Part shown: piece by piece, positions 47,325-58,575 of the stretch
Position numbering within the stretch: the first letter of the stretch is position 1
Layout of the letters: each line of letters opens with the position of its first letter
Assembly: GCA_902560315.1 (NCBI GenBank)
Contig: CACELG010000002.1
Coordinates: forward strand, 442 to 64,441
Origin: an uncultured SAR86 cluster bacterium
Lineage (GTDB): Bacteria; Pseudomonadota; Gammaproteobacteria; Magnimaribacterales; D2472
Length of the DNA: 64,000 bases
Direction: 5' to 3'
Made by a program: the position numbers and the translations under genes
Notes under the pieces: model-generated
Told to the model about the DNA's origin: nothing
Database searches by the model: none
What the model saw: the letters and a program-made list of their open reading frames with translations, nothing else

Positions 47325-48512
47325 ATGAAAAATGTAGTGATTGTTGATAGTGTTAGGACTGGGCTTGCAAAGTCACATAGAGGTGGCTTCAATATGACGA
47401 GACCAGATGAAATGCTTGCACATATTATAGATGCGATGTTGGATAGAAATCCCAACTTACCGCCCGAAGAAGTTGAAGATATTATTATGGGTTGTGGAAA
47501 TCCTGAAGGAGCTCAAGGCCATAATATTGGAAGGAATGCAGCAGTATTATCAAAATTACCTATGACTACAGGAGGAACAACTATAAATAGATACTGTTCT
47601 TCTGGTCTTCAATCAATATCAATGGCAGCTGGGCAAATTATGGCAGGTTCTTATGACACAGTTATTGCTGGTGGAGCAGAAACAATCTCGATGATGAATA
47701 TGAATATGGATAATTTTGTGAATGAAAGATTGGCCGAAGAAACTCCAGGAATATATTTTCCAATGGGTATGACTGCTGAAGTTGTAGCTAAAAGATATGA
47801 GGTATCAAGAGAAGTACAGGATGAGTATGCATTTGAAAGTCAAATGAGAACAGCTGCAGCTCAACAATCTGGTGGATATGATGACGAAATTATTCCAATG
47901 GATACAAAGATGCTTCTTACTAATAAAGAAACTGGTGAATCAAAAGAAATCGACTATACAGTTGACAAAGACGAATGTAATAGACCTGAAACAACTCTTG
48001 AGGGTTTATCATCTTTAAAACCAGTTTTTGATCCTGAAAATGGATCAGTAACAGCAGGAAACTCATCTCAATTATCAGATGGGGCTTCTGTAACTTTGGT
48101 TATGTCTGAAGATAAGGCTAAGGAACTTAATCTTAAGCCTTTAGCATATTTTAGAGGATTTACTACAATGGGATGTGAGCCAGATGAGATGGGAATAGGC
48201 CCAGTTTACTCAGTTCCTAAACTTTTAAAAAATTATAATCTTTCAATTGATGATATTGATATTTGGGAACTTAATGAAGCTTTTGCAGTTCAAGTTGTGT
48301 ATTGCAGGGATAAATTAGGTATACCAATGGATAAATTAAATCTTGATGGGGGATCAATTTCAATTGGTCATCCATTTGGCATGACGGGCTCTAGACAAGT
48401 TGGACACCTTACAAGGCAACTGCAAAATTTAGATAAGCAGTTTGGTGTAGTAACAATGTGTGTTGGTGGTGGTATGGGAGCCAGCGGATTGTTTGAAAGA
48501 TATCCTTCTTGA
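47325..48512 (+). CDS. acetyl-CoA C-acyltransferase (thiolase)
   Basis: 'NRYCSSGLQS' (nucleophilic Cys), 'NEAFA', 'GGSISIGHPFGMTG' and 'CVGGGMGA'. Confidence 0.9.
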   Translation: MKNVVIVDSVRTGLAKSHRGGFNMTRPDEMLAHIIDAMLDRNPNLPPEEVEDIIMGCGNPEGAQGHNIGRNAAVLSKLPMTTGGTTINRYCSSGLQSISMAAGQIMAGSYDTVIAGGAETISMMNMNMDNFVNERLAEETPGIYFPMGMTAEVVAKRYEVSREVQDEYAFESQMRTAAAQQSGGYDDEIIPMDTKMLLTNKETGESKEIDYTVDKDECNRPETTLEGLSSLKPVFDPENGSVTAGNSSQLSDGASVTLVMSEDKAKELNLKPLAYFRGFTTMGCEPDEMGIGPVYSVPKLLKNYNLSIDDIDIWELNEAFAVQVVYCRDKLGIPMDKLNLDGGSISIGHPFGMTGSRQVGHLTRQLQNLDKQFGVVTMCVGGGMGASGLFERYPS

Positions 48513-49399
48513 TATCAGAATCAGCAATTTTAAATTGCTTTCAACATTTAGTTGAGAATGAATTAAATGACTTAGTGTTAGTAGGATCTGGTGACGATGC
48601 TGCTGTTATAAAATCACAAAACAAAGACCTAGTTCACTCACTGGATATTTCTAAAATTAATACTCACTTTCCAAAAGATAGCATGCCTGAGGATATTGCA
48701 TACAGATCTATTGCCGTTGCTTTAAGTGATTTGGCAGCTATGGGAGCATATCCCGCTTTCATATCAATTGGATTAACATCACATAGTACTGACTTAGACT
48801 GGTATAAAAAATTTACTATTGGAATTGAAAATATTTTAAATGAATACGACATCAAGTTGGTAGGAGGAGATGTAACCAATGGTGAACTAAGTATATGTGT
48901 AAATGTTTTTGGCTATGCCTATGAGAAAAACATACTTAGATCAAATGCAAAAATTGGTGATTTGATATACATTACAGGTCCTTTGGGTGAAGGCCGAAAA
49001 GGTTTGATTGATTGGAAAAATAAAGAAAAATCATCTTATGTTCGAAAGTTTTTTAATCCTAAAATACCTTTTGATAAAAGTGAATATATTTCTAAATATG
49101 CAAGTAGTTGTATAGATATTTCAGATGGATTAATAAAAGATTTAGGAAGTATTTGTGTGCAATCAGGTGTTGGAGCTGAAATTGATTATGAAAATATACC
49201 AGTAACAAATGATATCCATGATCTATCATATGGAGATGACTATAAGCTCTGCTACACAAGCTCGCCAGATCAAAAAGATAATGAATTAATTTCTGAAGAT
49301 TATTGCATTGGCGAAATCACATCACAAACAGAAATATTAATAAAAAAAGATAATTTAGTTATTGATTTTAAAAAAAATGGATGGGACTCTTTTGCATAA
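48509..49399 (+). CDS. thiL: thiamine-monophosphate kinase
   Basis: 'GSGDDAAVI', 'AVALSDLAAMGA', 'LVGGDVT' and 'CIDISDGL'. The TTG start overlaps the thiolase stop. Confidence 0.85.
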   Translation: MISESAILNCFQHLVENELNDLVLVGSGDDAAVIKSQNKDLVHSLDISKINTHFPKDSMPEDIAYRSIAVALSDLAAMGAYPAFISIGLTSHSTDLDWYKKFTIGIENILNEYDIKLVGGDVTNGELSICVNVFGYAYEKNILRSNAKIGDLIYITGPLGEGRKGLIDWKNKEKSSYVRKFFNPKIPFDKSEYISKYASSCIDISDGLIKDLGSICVQSGVGAEIDYENIPVTNDIHDLSYGDDYKLCYTSSPDQKDNELISEDYCIGEITSQTEILIKKDNLVIDFKKNGWDSFA

Positions 49400-50453
49400 G
49401 AGCATTGGAATTATTGGAGGAGGAATTACCGGTTTAATTGTCGGAATTTTCCTCGCTAAAGAAGGACATAGAGTATCAATCTATGAAAAAAATGCATTAT
49501 TAAGTGAAACGAGTTCAAAAACTACCAAATTATTACATGGAGGCTTAAGATATCTAGAAAGTTTTCATTTTAATGAAGTTAAAAACGGTCTCAATGATAG
49601 ATCTTGGTGGTTAGAAAATTTTCCAAAACATACCAATAAATTAAAGATATCTATTCCGTTTAGGAACATTTTTTCTTTTATGCTATTAAAATCTTTTTTA
49701 GGAATAAAGTTATATGAATTCTTAGCAGGCCCAAAAAATCTTGATACTAGTAAAATCTCTAAGTTACTAAATAATGAATTTTCATTAAAAGATGAATATA
49801 AAACTTTTATTTCTTTTTATGATGGAAGTATGGATGATAATTCTCTTGGAAAAGAATTAATTAATTTAGCAAAAGATCTCAATATACGTTTATATGAGAA
49901 TAATGAAGTTATTAATTTTGATACAAATGGAGAAATTGATGGATCTAAATTCGATAAAATAATATTAGCAGTAGGGCCTTGGTCAAATATACTTCTTGAA
50001 CAGAATAATATTAAAAGTAAAAAAGATATAGATTATATAAAAGGAAGTCACCTAATAATTAATAGAAAACTTGAATCTGGCTTAATGTTTTCAAGCATAT
50101 GCAGGTCTAGATACATTTTTGCTCTGCCTTACAAAGGGAATACTTTGTTGGGTACAACCGAGGAAAAAGTGACGCATCCTGAGTTGATAGAAATAAGTAA
50201 ACATGAAATAGATTATCTTATCGATAGCTATAATCAAATTTTAAAAAAACCTATTTCAATTTCAGAGATAATCAGTTCATATTCTGGAATAAGACCTCTG
50301 ATTAAATCGAATGATAACTTCCATAAGTCATCAAGAGATTTTTTTATTCAGAAAGATAATTCACTTTTAACTATTTTTGGTGGTAAATGGACAACTTCTC
50401 CTTCCATTGCAAGAAAAATTGTTACAATGATTGAAAATGCAGAAGTTTCCTAA
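49377..50453 (+). CDS. FAD-dependent oxidoreductase (DAO / GlpD-like N-terminal domain, short form)
   Basis: 'IGIIGGGITGLIVGIFLAKEGHRVSIYEK' (Rossmann GxGxxG) and 'SSKTTKLLHGGLRYLE' (GlpD-like). About 360 aa, shorter than GlpD. Start could be TTG 49362 or ATG 49377. Confidence 0.65.
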   Translation: MDGTLLHKSIGIIGGGITGLIVGIFLAKEGHRVSIYEKNALLSETSSKTTKLLHGGLRYLESFHFNEVKNGLNDRSWWLENFPKHTNKLKISIPFRNIFSFMLLKSFLGIKLYEFLAGPKNLDTSKISKLLNNEFSLKDEYKTFISFYDGSMDDNSLGKELINLAKDLNIRLYENNEVINFDTNGEIDGSKFDKIILAVGPWSNILLEQNNIKSKKDIDYIKGSHLIINRKLESGLMFSSICRSRYIFALPYKGNTLLGTTEEKVTHPELIEISKHEIDYLIDSYNQILKKPISISEIISSYSGIRPLIKSNDNFHKSSRDFFIQKDNSLLTIFGGKWTTSPSIARKIVTMIENAEVS

Positions 50454-50922
50454 TTTAAAAAATCCACATCATTTTTTTGCAACACTGGGTGGTATAGGAT
50501 TATTCCCATTAGCGCCTGGAACAATTGGCAGCATCTTTGGATGGATTATTTTTATAATTTTATCTCATTATGTAAATATGATATTTGCAACAATATTTAT
50601 AGTTTTTTTAGCTATTTATGTCACAAATATTGCTACAAAAGATTTATTAGAAAAAGATGAAAAGTCAATTGTAATTGATGAGCTTGCAGGCATTTGGCTT
50701 GCAATGATTCCAGTAATTTTTATTGCATCTGACCGAGACGAGAGAACTTTTTATGCTGTTTTAGCATTAGTATTATTTAGAGCATTTGATATCTTAAAAC
50801 CATATCCTATTTCATATATTGATAAGAATTTTAAGAATGGTTTTGGTATTGTTTTAGACGATTTAATTGCAGGTATTTTTGCTGGAATCGTAACAACACT
50901 TATAACAATTTATTTAATCTAG
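50431..50922 (+). CDS. pgpA: phosphatidylglycerophosphatase A
   Basis: 'FFATLGGIGLFPLAPGTIGSIFG', 'VIDELAG' and 'FRAFDILKPYPI'. Confidence 0.85.
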   Translation: MKMQKFPNLKNPHHFFATLGGIGLFPLAPGTIGSIFGWIIFIILSHYVNMIFATIFIVFLAIYVTNIATKDLLEKDEKSIVIDELAGIWLAMIPVIFIASDRDERTFYAVLALVLFRAFDILKPYPISYIDKNFKNGFGIVLDDLIAGIFAGIVTTLITIYLI

Positions 50923-52768
50923 ATTTAATACTATTAATATCTAAACCAGCTTCTGATAACATTTCTTCTCTTGATGCATGTTCAATGAATCTATCAGGTA
51001 TGCCAAAAAGAATTGATTTAATATTTAAATCTTCTTTAGAGACGAATTCTTGAACAGCACTTCCAGCACCACCCATAATTGAACCATCTTCAATTGAAAT
51101 AAATACTTCAGCTTTTTTAAAAAGTTTTTTTAACAGCTTTTCATCTAGTGGTTTTACAAAACGCATGTCAACCAAAGTTGCTTTAAGATCTTTGGAAACT
51201 TGTTTAGCTTCTTCTAGAAGGGTCCCAAAGTTTAATATAACAATTTTTGAATTTTCCTCTTTAATAATATTCGCTTCACCTATTTTAACCGGTTGAAGAT
51301 TCTTATTAATATTACTATTTGGTCCAGTTCCTCTCGGGTACCTTACAGAGGCTGGCCCCTTGTGCAAGTATGCTGTTGTTAATAATTTTCTTGTTTCATT
51401 TTCATCTGAAGGAGTACAAATAACCATATTTGGAATACATCTTAAGTAAGCTATATCATAATTTCCTGAATGAGTGGGGCCATCTTCACCAACAAGACCG
51501 GATCTGTCTAATGCAAATGTTACATCAAGATTTTGAACCGCAACATCATGAATTAACTGATCGTAACCTCTTTGTAAAAAAGTTGAATAAATTGCAACTA
51601 CAGGCTTCTTTTTTTCAACAGATAGACCAGCTGCAAATGTAACTGAGTGTTGCTCAGCAATAGCAACATCAAAATATCTATTTGGAAATTTTTTACTAAA
51701 CTCAACAAGTCCTGATCCCTCTCTCATAGCAGGGGTAATGCCAATTAGGTCTTCACTAGCCTCAGCCATATCGATAATCCATTCACCAAAAATATCTTGA
51801 TATTTTTTTTGTTTTGATTTTTTATCTTTTATTGAATTTATTTTACCTATTGCATGAAAACCTATTCTGTCAGCTTCAGCTGAGTCTAAGCCAGCTCCTT
51901 TTTTTGTAATTATGTGTAGGAATTGAGGACCTTCGAATTCTTTTAAGTTTGAGATAACATCTTTTAACTCTTTTAAATTATGACCATCAATTGGACCAAT
52001 ATAATTTAACCCTAGTTCTTCAAAAATAGTTCCAGGTGCAACCATGGCTTTCATTTGTGTCTCTACTTTTCTTGCTAAGTGATATGCTTGGGGTAAAGGT
52101 TTTAGAAAACTAGCTCCACTCTTTTTAATACCTTTATAAGTCTTAGATGCCCATATTCTTGAAAAATAGTTAGATAAACCTCCAACATTCTCAGATATAG
52201 ACATATCATTATCATTCAAAATTATGAGTAAATTAGGTTTTAAATGGCCTATGTGACTAAGAGCCTCAAAAGCCATGCCTGCTGTCATTGCTCCATCGCC
52301 GATTACAGCAACATGTTTTTTATCCGGATTAGACTCTCTGTTTGCTTCAGCCATTCCTACAATTGCACTCAAGGATGTACTTGAATGGCCCACACCAAAA
52401 GTATCATATTCACTTTCTAATCTTGAAGGGAAGGGAGCTAGGCCATTTTTCTTTCTAATGGTATTAATCTTATCTTTTCTTCCAGTAAGAATCTTATGAG
52501 GATATGCTTGATGTCCCACATCCCAAACAAGATTATCATAGGGAGTTTCATAAAGATGATGTAATATTATTGTAAGCTCAATTACCCCAAGTCCACCACC
52601 TAAATGCCCACCACTTTGACCTACTGAATACAATAAAAACTCTCTTAATTCATTTGAAAGAGTTTCAAGTTCATTTATTGAAAAGGATCTTAAATCAGAT
52701 GGATAAGTAACCGAATCTAATAAAGGAGTATTAGGTTTTTCAACCGGTATTTCTTTAAAAATTTTCAA
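50900..52768 (-). CDS. dxs: 1-deoxy-D-xylulose-5-phosphate synthase
   Basis: 'WDVGHQAYPHKILTGR', 'GHSSTSLSA', 'GDGAMTAGMAFEA' and 'AIAEQHSVTFAAGL'. Confidence 0.96.
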   Translation of the reverse strand: MKIFKEIPVEKPNTPLLDSVTYPSDLRSFSINELETLSNELREFLLYSVGQSGGHLGGGLGVIELTIILHHLYETPYDNLVWDVGHQAYPHKILTGRKDKINTIRKKNGLAPFPSRLESEYDTFGVGHSSTSLSAIVGMAEANRESNPDKKHVAVIGDGAMTAGMAFEALSHIGHLKPNLLIILNDNDMSISENVGGLSNYFSRIWASKTYKGIKKSGASFLKPLPQAYHLARKVETQMKAMVAPGTIFEELGLNYIGPIDGHNLKELKDVISNLKEFEGPQFLHIITKKGAGLDSAEADRIGFHAIGKINSIKDKKSKQKKYQDIFGEWIIDMAEASEDLIGITPAMREGSGLVEFSKKFPNRYFDVAIAEQHSVTFAAGLSVEKKKPVVAIYSTFLQRGYDQLIHDVAVQNLDVTFALDRSGLVGEDGPTHSGNYDIAYLRCIPNMVICTPSDENETRKLLTTAYLHKGPASVRYPRGTGPNSNINKNLQPVKIGEANIIKEENSKIVILNFGTLLEEAKQVSKDLKATLVDMRFVKPLDEKLLKKLFKKAEVFISIEDGSIMGGAGSAVQEFVSKEDLNIKSILFGIPDRFIEHASREEMLSEAGLDINSIKSRLNKLL

Positions 52769-52769
52769 A

Positions 52770-53639
52770 TTATTTTTCTCTGTATGATATATATTTTGCT
52801 AATTCTACCAGCAAATTACTTTCCTTTGATTTAATGTTTTTTAAATCATTAATTGCAGCTTTTGATAGTTCTCTAGATTCTTCAATCGCCCTATCAAGGC
52901 CAAAAACATTTACGTATGTTGCCTTTCGATTTTTAACATCAGAATTAATATTTTTACCAAGAGTTTCTTCATTAGAGGTAATTTCTAGAATATCATCAGT
53001 TATTTGAAATGCTAATCCAATCTTTTTACCAAAATTTTTAATAGAATCTTTTTGCAGATCATCTTCATTAGAGATCTGACCCAGCATTACTGAACATTCA
53101 ATTAGACTCCCTGTCTTTAAATTATGAATATTTTCCATCATTTCTTCATCTATTTTTTTTGTTTCTGCATTTATATCTAAATACTGACCAAAAACCATTC
53201 CATTTTTACCACATGCCTTACTTATCATCTTAATAGCCTCAACTTTATATCTAGCATCTAAAGAGTTTTCATCACAAATAATTTCATATGCAAGAGTTTG
53301 AAGAGCATCACCCGCAAGAATTGCGTTAGCTTCCCCAAATTTAATATGATTTGAGTCTTTTCCTCTTCTTAAATCATCATCATCCATTGATGGAAGATCA
53401 TCATGAATTAATGAATATGTATGAATGAGCTCTACCGCGGTAGCTAACGTTATTAGACTAGAATGAGAAATATTTTTATTTATTTTTCCAGATGCAATAA
53501 TCAAAGCTGCTCTTACCATCTTGCTCTCACCTAAAGCGGAGTAAGACATAGCATTTTCAATTAAGTTTGATTGGCCAATAGACTTTTCAATATTTTGGGA
53601 GACCTGATCCCTTGTTTGAGATAGAAAGTCTTGTAACAC
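52770..53639 (-). CDS. ispA: (2E,6E)-farnesyl diphosphate synthase
   Basis: FARM 'LIHDDLPSMDDDDLRRGK' and SARM 'FQITDDILE'. Confidence 0.9.
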   Translation of the reverse strand: MLQDFLSQTRDQVSQNIEKSIGQSNLIENAMSYSALGESKMVRAALIIASGKINKNISHSSLITLATAVELIHTYSLIHDDLPSMDDDDLRRGKDSNHIKFGEANAILAGDALQTLAYEIICDENSLDARYKVEAIKMISKACGKNGMVFGQYLDINAETKKIDEEMMENIHNLKTGSLIECSVMLGQISNEDDLQKDSIKNFGKKIGLAFQITDDILEITSNEETLGKNINSDVKNRKATYVNVFGLDRAIEESRELSKAAINDLKNIKSKESNLLVELAKYISYREK

Positions 53640-53644
53640 TTTAG

Positions 53645-53869
53645 TTATGATTTACTAATGTCTTTTGAAGACCCATCATCAAGTAGTTTTTTGATTTTAA
53701 GTTCTGCAGTTTGAAGTTGTTCCTGACATTCTTTTACAAGATTTATACCCTTTTCAAATGATTTTACTGAATCCTCTAGGTTTATGTTCTCATCTTCTAA
53801 TTTTTCAACAATTGATTCAAGCTCTTTAAGTGATGATTCAAAATCTATTTTTTTATCTTCTTTAGCCAT
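53645..53869 (-). CDS. xseB: exodeoxyribonuclease VII small subunit
   Basis: 74 aa; 'FESSLKELESIVEKLE....LEDSVKSFEKGI.L.KEC...L..AE'. Canonical xseB-ispA-dxs order. Confidence 0.85.
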   Translation of the reverse strand: MAKEDKKIDFESSLKELESIVEKLEDENINLEDSVKSFEKGINLVKECQEQLQTAELKIKKLLDDGSSKDISKS

Positions 53870-53872
53870 AAT

Positions 53873-56800
53873 TTATTGTAAGTCATTAATACTTGTTTTG
53901 AAGTACTTTTTATACTCATTTCTTAAAGCATATGGAAGCGAGAGAACAGCAGGAGTTAAAATTAATGTCATAAAAGTACTAAAACCAAGTCCCCATACTA
54001 TTGAAACTGCAAGGTTTGACCACCAATCTACAACTCTACTTCCAATGACAATATCTCTGGAAATTATATCGACACTTATACCCATAGCCAAAGGTAATAA
54101 ACCAAAGATTGTTGTTAATGATGTCAATATGATTGGCCTTAATCTTTGCTTGCATGCATTAATTATATGAATCGATTGTTCAATTTGAGGTGATTCTTCT
54201 TTAAGTTTATTAAATGTATCAATTAAAACAATATTATTGTTTACCACAATTCCTGCAAGAGTAACTATAGATATACCAGTCATTGTAGTGCTGAATGATT
54301 TGCCCGTTATAAGAAGTCCCAACAAAACCCCAACAAAAGAAATAGTAACCGCGGATAAGATAATAAAAGACTGATAAAAACTATTAAATTGTGTGATTAG
54401 CATTAATAACATCATGAATATCGCTGTTATTCCTGCTAACATTATAAATCTATTAACATCTTCTGTTTCTTCAGCCATTCCACCAAATTCATAACTAATA
54501 CTAGGACCAAGATCCGAAGACCTTAACCATGTACTTAGTTGATCAATTTTTTCTGATACCTTGGACTCATCTTCTGTTCCGGCACCTATTTCTTGGAAAT
54601 ACCTTCCATTTTTACGATTAACAGTTTGGCGATTTTCCTTTGGAACAACTTGAACAAATGAACTTACCGGAACTGTACCTTGTTTAGTTACAACATTTAA
54701 ATCTCTTATTCCTGTAATTGTTCTATCCGAGTCAGGAAATCTTGCTCTTATTTCGACCTCATCTTTAGCATCATCTGGTCGATATTCACCAACTTTAAAT
54801 CCAGATGTTAGCATTTGAACTAAAGCACCAACATCACTAACACTTACACCTAATTGGGCAGCTTTTTGCTTGTCAACTTCGACGCTCCATTCTACTGATG
54901 GATATGCTTTAGATGAGTAAATATTATTTAAACCATTCATGCCATTTCGCATGTAGTTTTCAACTCTATTAACTGCTTCGTTTACTTGCTCCTCAGTATC
55001 GCCATATATATCTAGCTCAATAGGGGAATCAAATGATGGTCCTCCTTCATCTGCTTCTATTTCAACTGTAATACCTGGCATATCTTTCGTAGATTCTTTT
55101 AATAGATCCATGATTTCAAATCCACTAATTTTTGTTTGAGATGGTTCTAATGTTTCAACAAAGCCACCGCCAATTCTATCTGCACCCGATTCCCACCAAT
55201 TTGTTCCAGATCTTAGATAAACATTTTTTATACCCTCGACCTCTAAAAATCTTTCCTCGACTTCTTCAATAATTACTTTTGTTTCAAGTGCTGAAAAATT
55301 ACCCCTTGCTTTAACAGTCACGTTAGCCTGAATAGGATCTACTATTGCGAAATATATAGTCCCCATACCTGAAATGGAATAACTCATAATTATAATTAAC
55401 AAAATTGAGATTACGGCAGCGACAGTCTCAATAGGGTTCCTAACAAACCTTTTTATATATTTTCCATACCATTCGGTTAATCGTACAAATAATGATGTAT
55501 TCGTTTCGTCATTATTAAGAGCTGAGTCTCTCTGCCCAAAATATGCTCCTAAAACAGGAATTACAATTAATGAATAGAACAATGAAGCTGAAAGAACAAA
55601 AAAAATAGTTATTGGAAGATATTTCATGAATTGCCCAGTAAAACCAGGCCAAAACATCATAGGAATAAATGCAGCTAGTGTTGTACCTGTTGATGCTATT
55701 ATCGGATAAAACATTCGCTTTGATGCCAGAGTATAACCCTCAACACGCGAAAGACCTTCAGCTATTTTTTTATCAGCATATTCTGTAATTACTATTGAAC
55801 CATCTATCAACATTCCCATACCAAGAAGTAATCCCATCATCACAAGGAAATTCACTTCCATATCTAAACTATATAAAATTAAATAAGTCATTAAAAAACA
55901 AAAAGGAATTGAGAGCCCAACTAACATAGAAACTCTTGTTCCCATGCTTGCTATCACAAGCACCATAATTAAAACCACTGCCGCTATAATGTTTCCATTT
56001 AATTCTTTTACCATTAGACTTGCATATATCGTATCGTCATTGGTAATTACAATATCTAAATTCTTTGGCAGGGTGTTTTCAAAATCAAATAATACTTCTC
56101 TTATAGCATTAGAGGCATCAATAGCATTAGCACTTTCACGTAAAGAAATTTCTAAAGTTACTGCGTCTTGCCCATTAACCCTAGCGTAGGATGTAAAGTC
56201 TTTAAAAGTTCTTTTGATAGTAGCAATGTCTCCCAATGTGACAATTGCATCTTTTGTAACTTTTACAGGAATCTCATATACATCTTTTGCTGATTCAATA
56301 ATACTTGGAACTTCTATATTGAAACTACCTCTGCCAGTATCTTGTTTCCCCCCAGGAATAATCAAATTATTATTAGAAACTGAATAATATATGTCAGATA
56401 AAGTTACGCCATATGATTCCATTTTTGCTTTATCTATAACACCTTCAAGCACTTCTTCTGGTGCTCCCGAAGTTCTCACCTCAAGTATTTGTTCTATGGG
56501 TTCAATCCTGTCTTTTAGTTCTCTGGCATAAAAAAACTTTTTGTCTAACAGAACTCCCTCCAACAATACTTATGTTCATTACAGGAAAACTAGATTCAGT
56601 ATATTCCTGAATCTGCGGATCTTCTGCCTCCAAAGGAAGTTGATACTTTATTTCTTCCACTCCTTGTTTGACATCTACTAGAGCTTGATCCATATCAAAT
56701 CCTACTTCGAACTCTAGAAAAACTCTTGCAAAACTCAATGAGCTTGTTGATCTAATGCTTTTTACTCCAGTTATAGTTTTTAATCTATTTTCAATAGGTC

Positions 56801-56996
56801 TAGCTATTAGTCTTGATGTATCACTTGGAGATGCTCCATCGAGAAATACGGATACAGTTATGAAAGGAAGTTGTACATTTGGAGAAGCAGCAATTGGAAT
56901 TTCTTGCCTTGCATAAGATCCTGCAATTATTACCATAAACGCAATCAACAAAGTTGTTTTTGCTTTTTTTATAGCAAAATCTATTATCTTAATCAT
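53873..56996 (-). pseudogene. RND (AcrB/HAE-type) efflux permease, reading frame interrupted by a +1 shift near 56545-56560
   Basis: The 164-aa N-terminal ORF (56502-56996; TM1 plus the start of the periplasmic loop, '..FPVMNISIVGG') and the 897-aa ORF (53873-56566; '..LLDKKFFYARELKDRIEPI..', 11 further TM helices) together form one ~1040-aa RND protein. This could be a true frameshift or a sequencing error. Confidence 0.75.
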
Positions 56997-57895
56997 ATAC
57001 GATTAGTTATAACTTCTTGATCGTCTTCAACAAACCCTTGACCTTGAATTATTATTTCAACTTTTTCTGGAATACCCGTAACCCATAACCCTTCTTCTGA
57101 ATCTTCTAAAATAATTATTTCGACAAATTTAGCAAGGTTTCCTTCCTTAATAATTCTGATACCTAACTTACCTTCATCATTTAAGAGTAGTATTGAAGGT
57201 GAAATTTTATGAGCTTTAACTTTATCAATTTCTATAGTCATATTTGCAGTAAGACCATCTTTAATCGCACCATCCAAATTCTCTATTTGAGATTCTACGC
57301 TAAATGTTCTTGTATCTGGCGATGCACTTTTTGAAACAAAAGTAAGTTTGCCTTTAATCTTTTGGCCAGTAACTAACTCAACATTAACGTTTTGATTTAT
57401 ACGAACCTTATTTATGTCATATTCGGGAACACCTGCAACAAATGATATTGGACTCAATTGAATAATAGTTGCACATATTTGTCCTCTTTCAAGAAAATTT
57501 CCTGGTTTAACTATTTGTTCTATATAGCCAGAAAAAGGTGCCTTGACCTCGGTTCTATTTAATTCAACAACACCAAGACTACATAATATTGTGTCTTTTT
57601 CTACGAATGCACCTTGCAGCGCTCCAATTCTTACTACTTCTCCTGAAGTTTTGGCTTTTACATATATTCTTGCTTCTGACTTTGTAGTTGCTTTAAGTTT
57701 GATAAGAGGTTGGTACTCTAAAGCGGAACTTAGTAAAGTTTGTACACTGAATAGGTCATTATCTTTATTTATAATTTCAATATTATCATTCTTAAAAAGT
57801 CCCGATATCATCCAGAGGATAATTGGTACTAGTATATATATTGATATTCTTATATTTTTAGTTAACTTCATCTTTAAGATTTTTATTATTGACAT
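56993..57895 (-). CDS. RND efflux periplasmic adaptor (membrane fusion protein)
   Basis: N-terminal TM/signal anchor, lipoyl/beta-barrel-like 'GEVVRIGALQGAFVEKDTILCSL' and 'VKAPFSGYI'. ATGA overlap with the RND gene. Confidence 0.8.
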   Translation of the reverse strand: MSIIKILKMKLTKNIRISIYILVPIILWMISGLFKNDNIEIINKDNDLFSVQTLLSSALEYQPLIKLKATTKSEARIYVKAKTSGEVVRIGALQGAFVEKDTILCSLGVVELNRTEVKAPFSGYIEQIVKPGNFLERGQICATIIQLSPISFVAGVPEYDINKVRINQNVNVELVTGQKIKGKLTFVSKSASPDTRTFSVESQIENLDGAIKDGLTANMTIEIDKVKAHKISPSILLLNDEGKLGIRIIKEGNLAKFVEIIILEDSEEGLWVTGIPEKVEIIIQGQGFVEDDQEVITNRI

Positions 57896-57912
57896 AAATT
57901 ATGCCAATAGAT

Positions 57913-58575
57913 TTAAACTTTATGTTTTTTTCTTAATTCTTCAAATAAATCTTTATTTAGCGGTTTTCGATTTTTTGAATCAGTATTATCTTTTATTTCA
58001 AACTTTTTGCCACCTATTGCCTCAATTTTTAAAGAATTAAAGATTTTTTTAAACGTTCTAAAGTTCTCTTTAGAATCTTTTTCATTCAAAGTATTCCAAC
58101 CAATTTTTTTACCTGCAAAATATACAATTGGATTTGACCAATTAAATTCTTTTCTTGGTTGATATGATTTTCTTGCCTCAATGTAAGCTTCTTCAACTGA
58201 TGGAAAACCATCTATTTTATTTATTTCTCCACATGATTTCATAAGATCTGTTAGGGTAGGAAGAAAGGACTGAGAGGATATTACTTTCTCTACTGCTTGA
58301 AGAATCACTTCAGGAGATTGATCTTTTAAGCTTAAAGCCCAAAGTTTTTTACCTTCTTTCAACTTCTCATCAGTACCGAAAACTTTATAAAATTGATAAT
58401 GATACGCAAGCTCTAGTTTTAGAAAAAGAGCATCAATTGATTTAACAAAATCTTCTTTATTCGAGATTGATTTCTTTTGCCCAAGTGTTGTCATTTTTTC
58501 TTGTTTTGAAGTCTTGTGTATATTTCCCTGGTTCAGAATATTTTTTATTTTCTTCATTGCTTCCCATATTATCAT
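57913..58575 (-). CDS. phage lambda P-like (replicative helicase loader family) protein
   Basis: 'QSFLPTLTDLMKSCGE..DGFPSVEEAYIEARKSY....FNWSNPIVYFAGKKIGW' parallels lambda P 'RPFLPSPGQFVAWCREE..AGLPNVSELVDMVYEYC....YPWKSNAHYWLVTNL'. The start is ambiguous (58575, 58557 or 58494), and every option overlaps the upstream ORF. Confidence 0.55.
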   Translation of the reverse strand: MIIWEAMKKIKNILNQGNIHKTSKQEKMTTLGQKKSISNKEDFVKSIDALFLKLELAYHYQFYKVFGTDEKLKEGKKLWALSLKDQSPEVILQAVEKVISSQSFLPTLTDLMKSCGEINKIDGFPSVEEAYIEARKSYQPRKEFNWSNPIVYFAGKKIGWNTLNEKDSKENFRTFKKIFNSLKIEAIGGKKFEIKDNTDSKNRKPLNKDLFEELRKKHKV

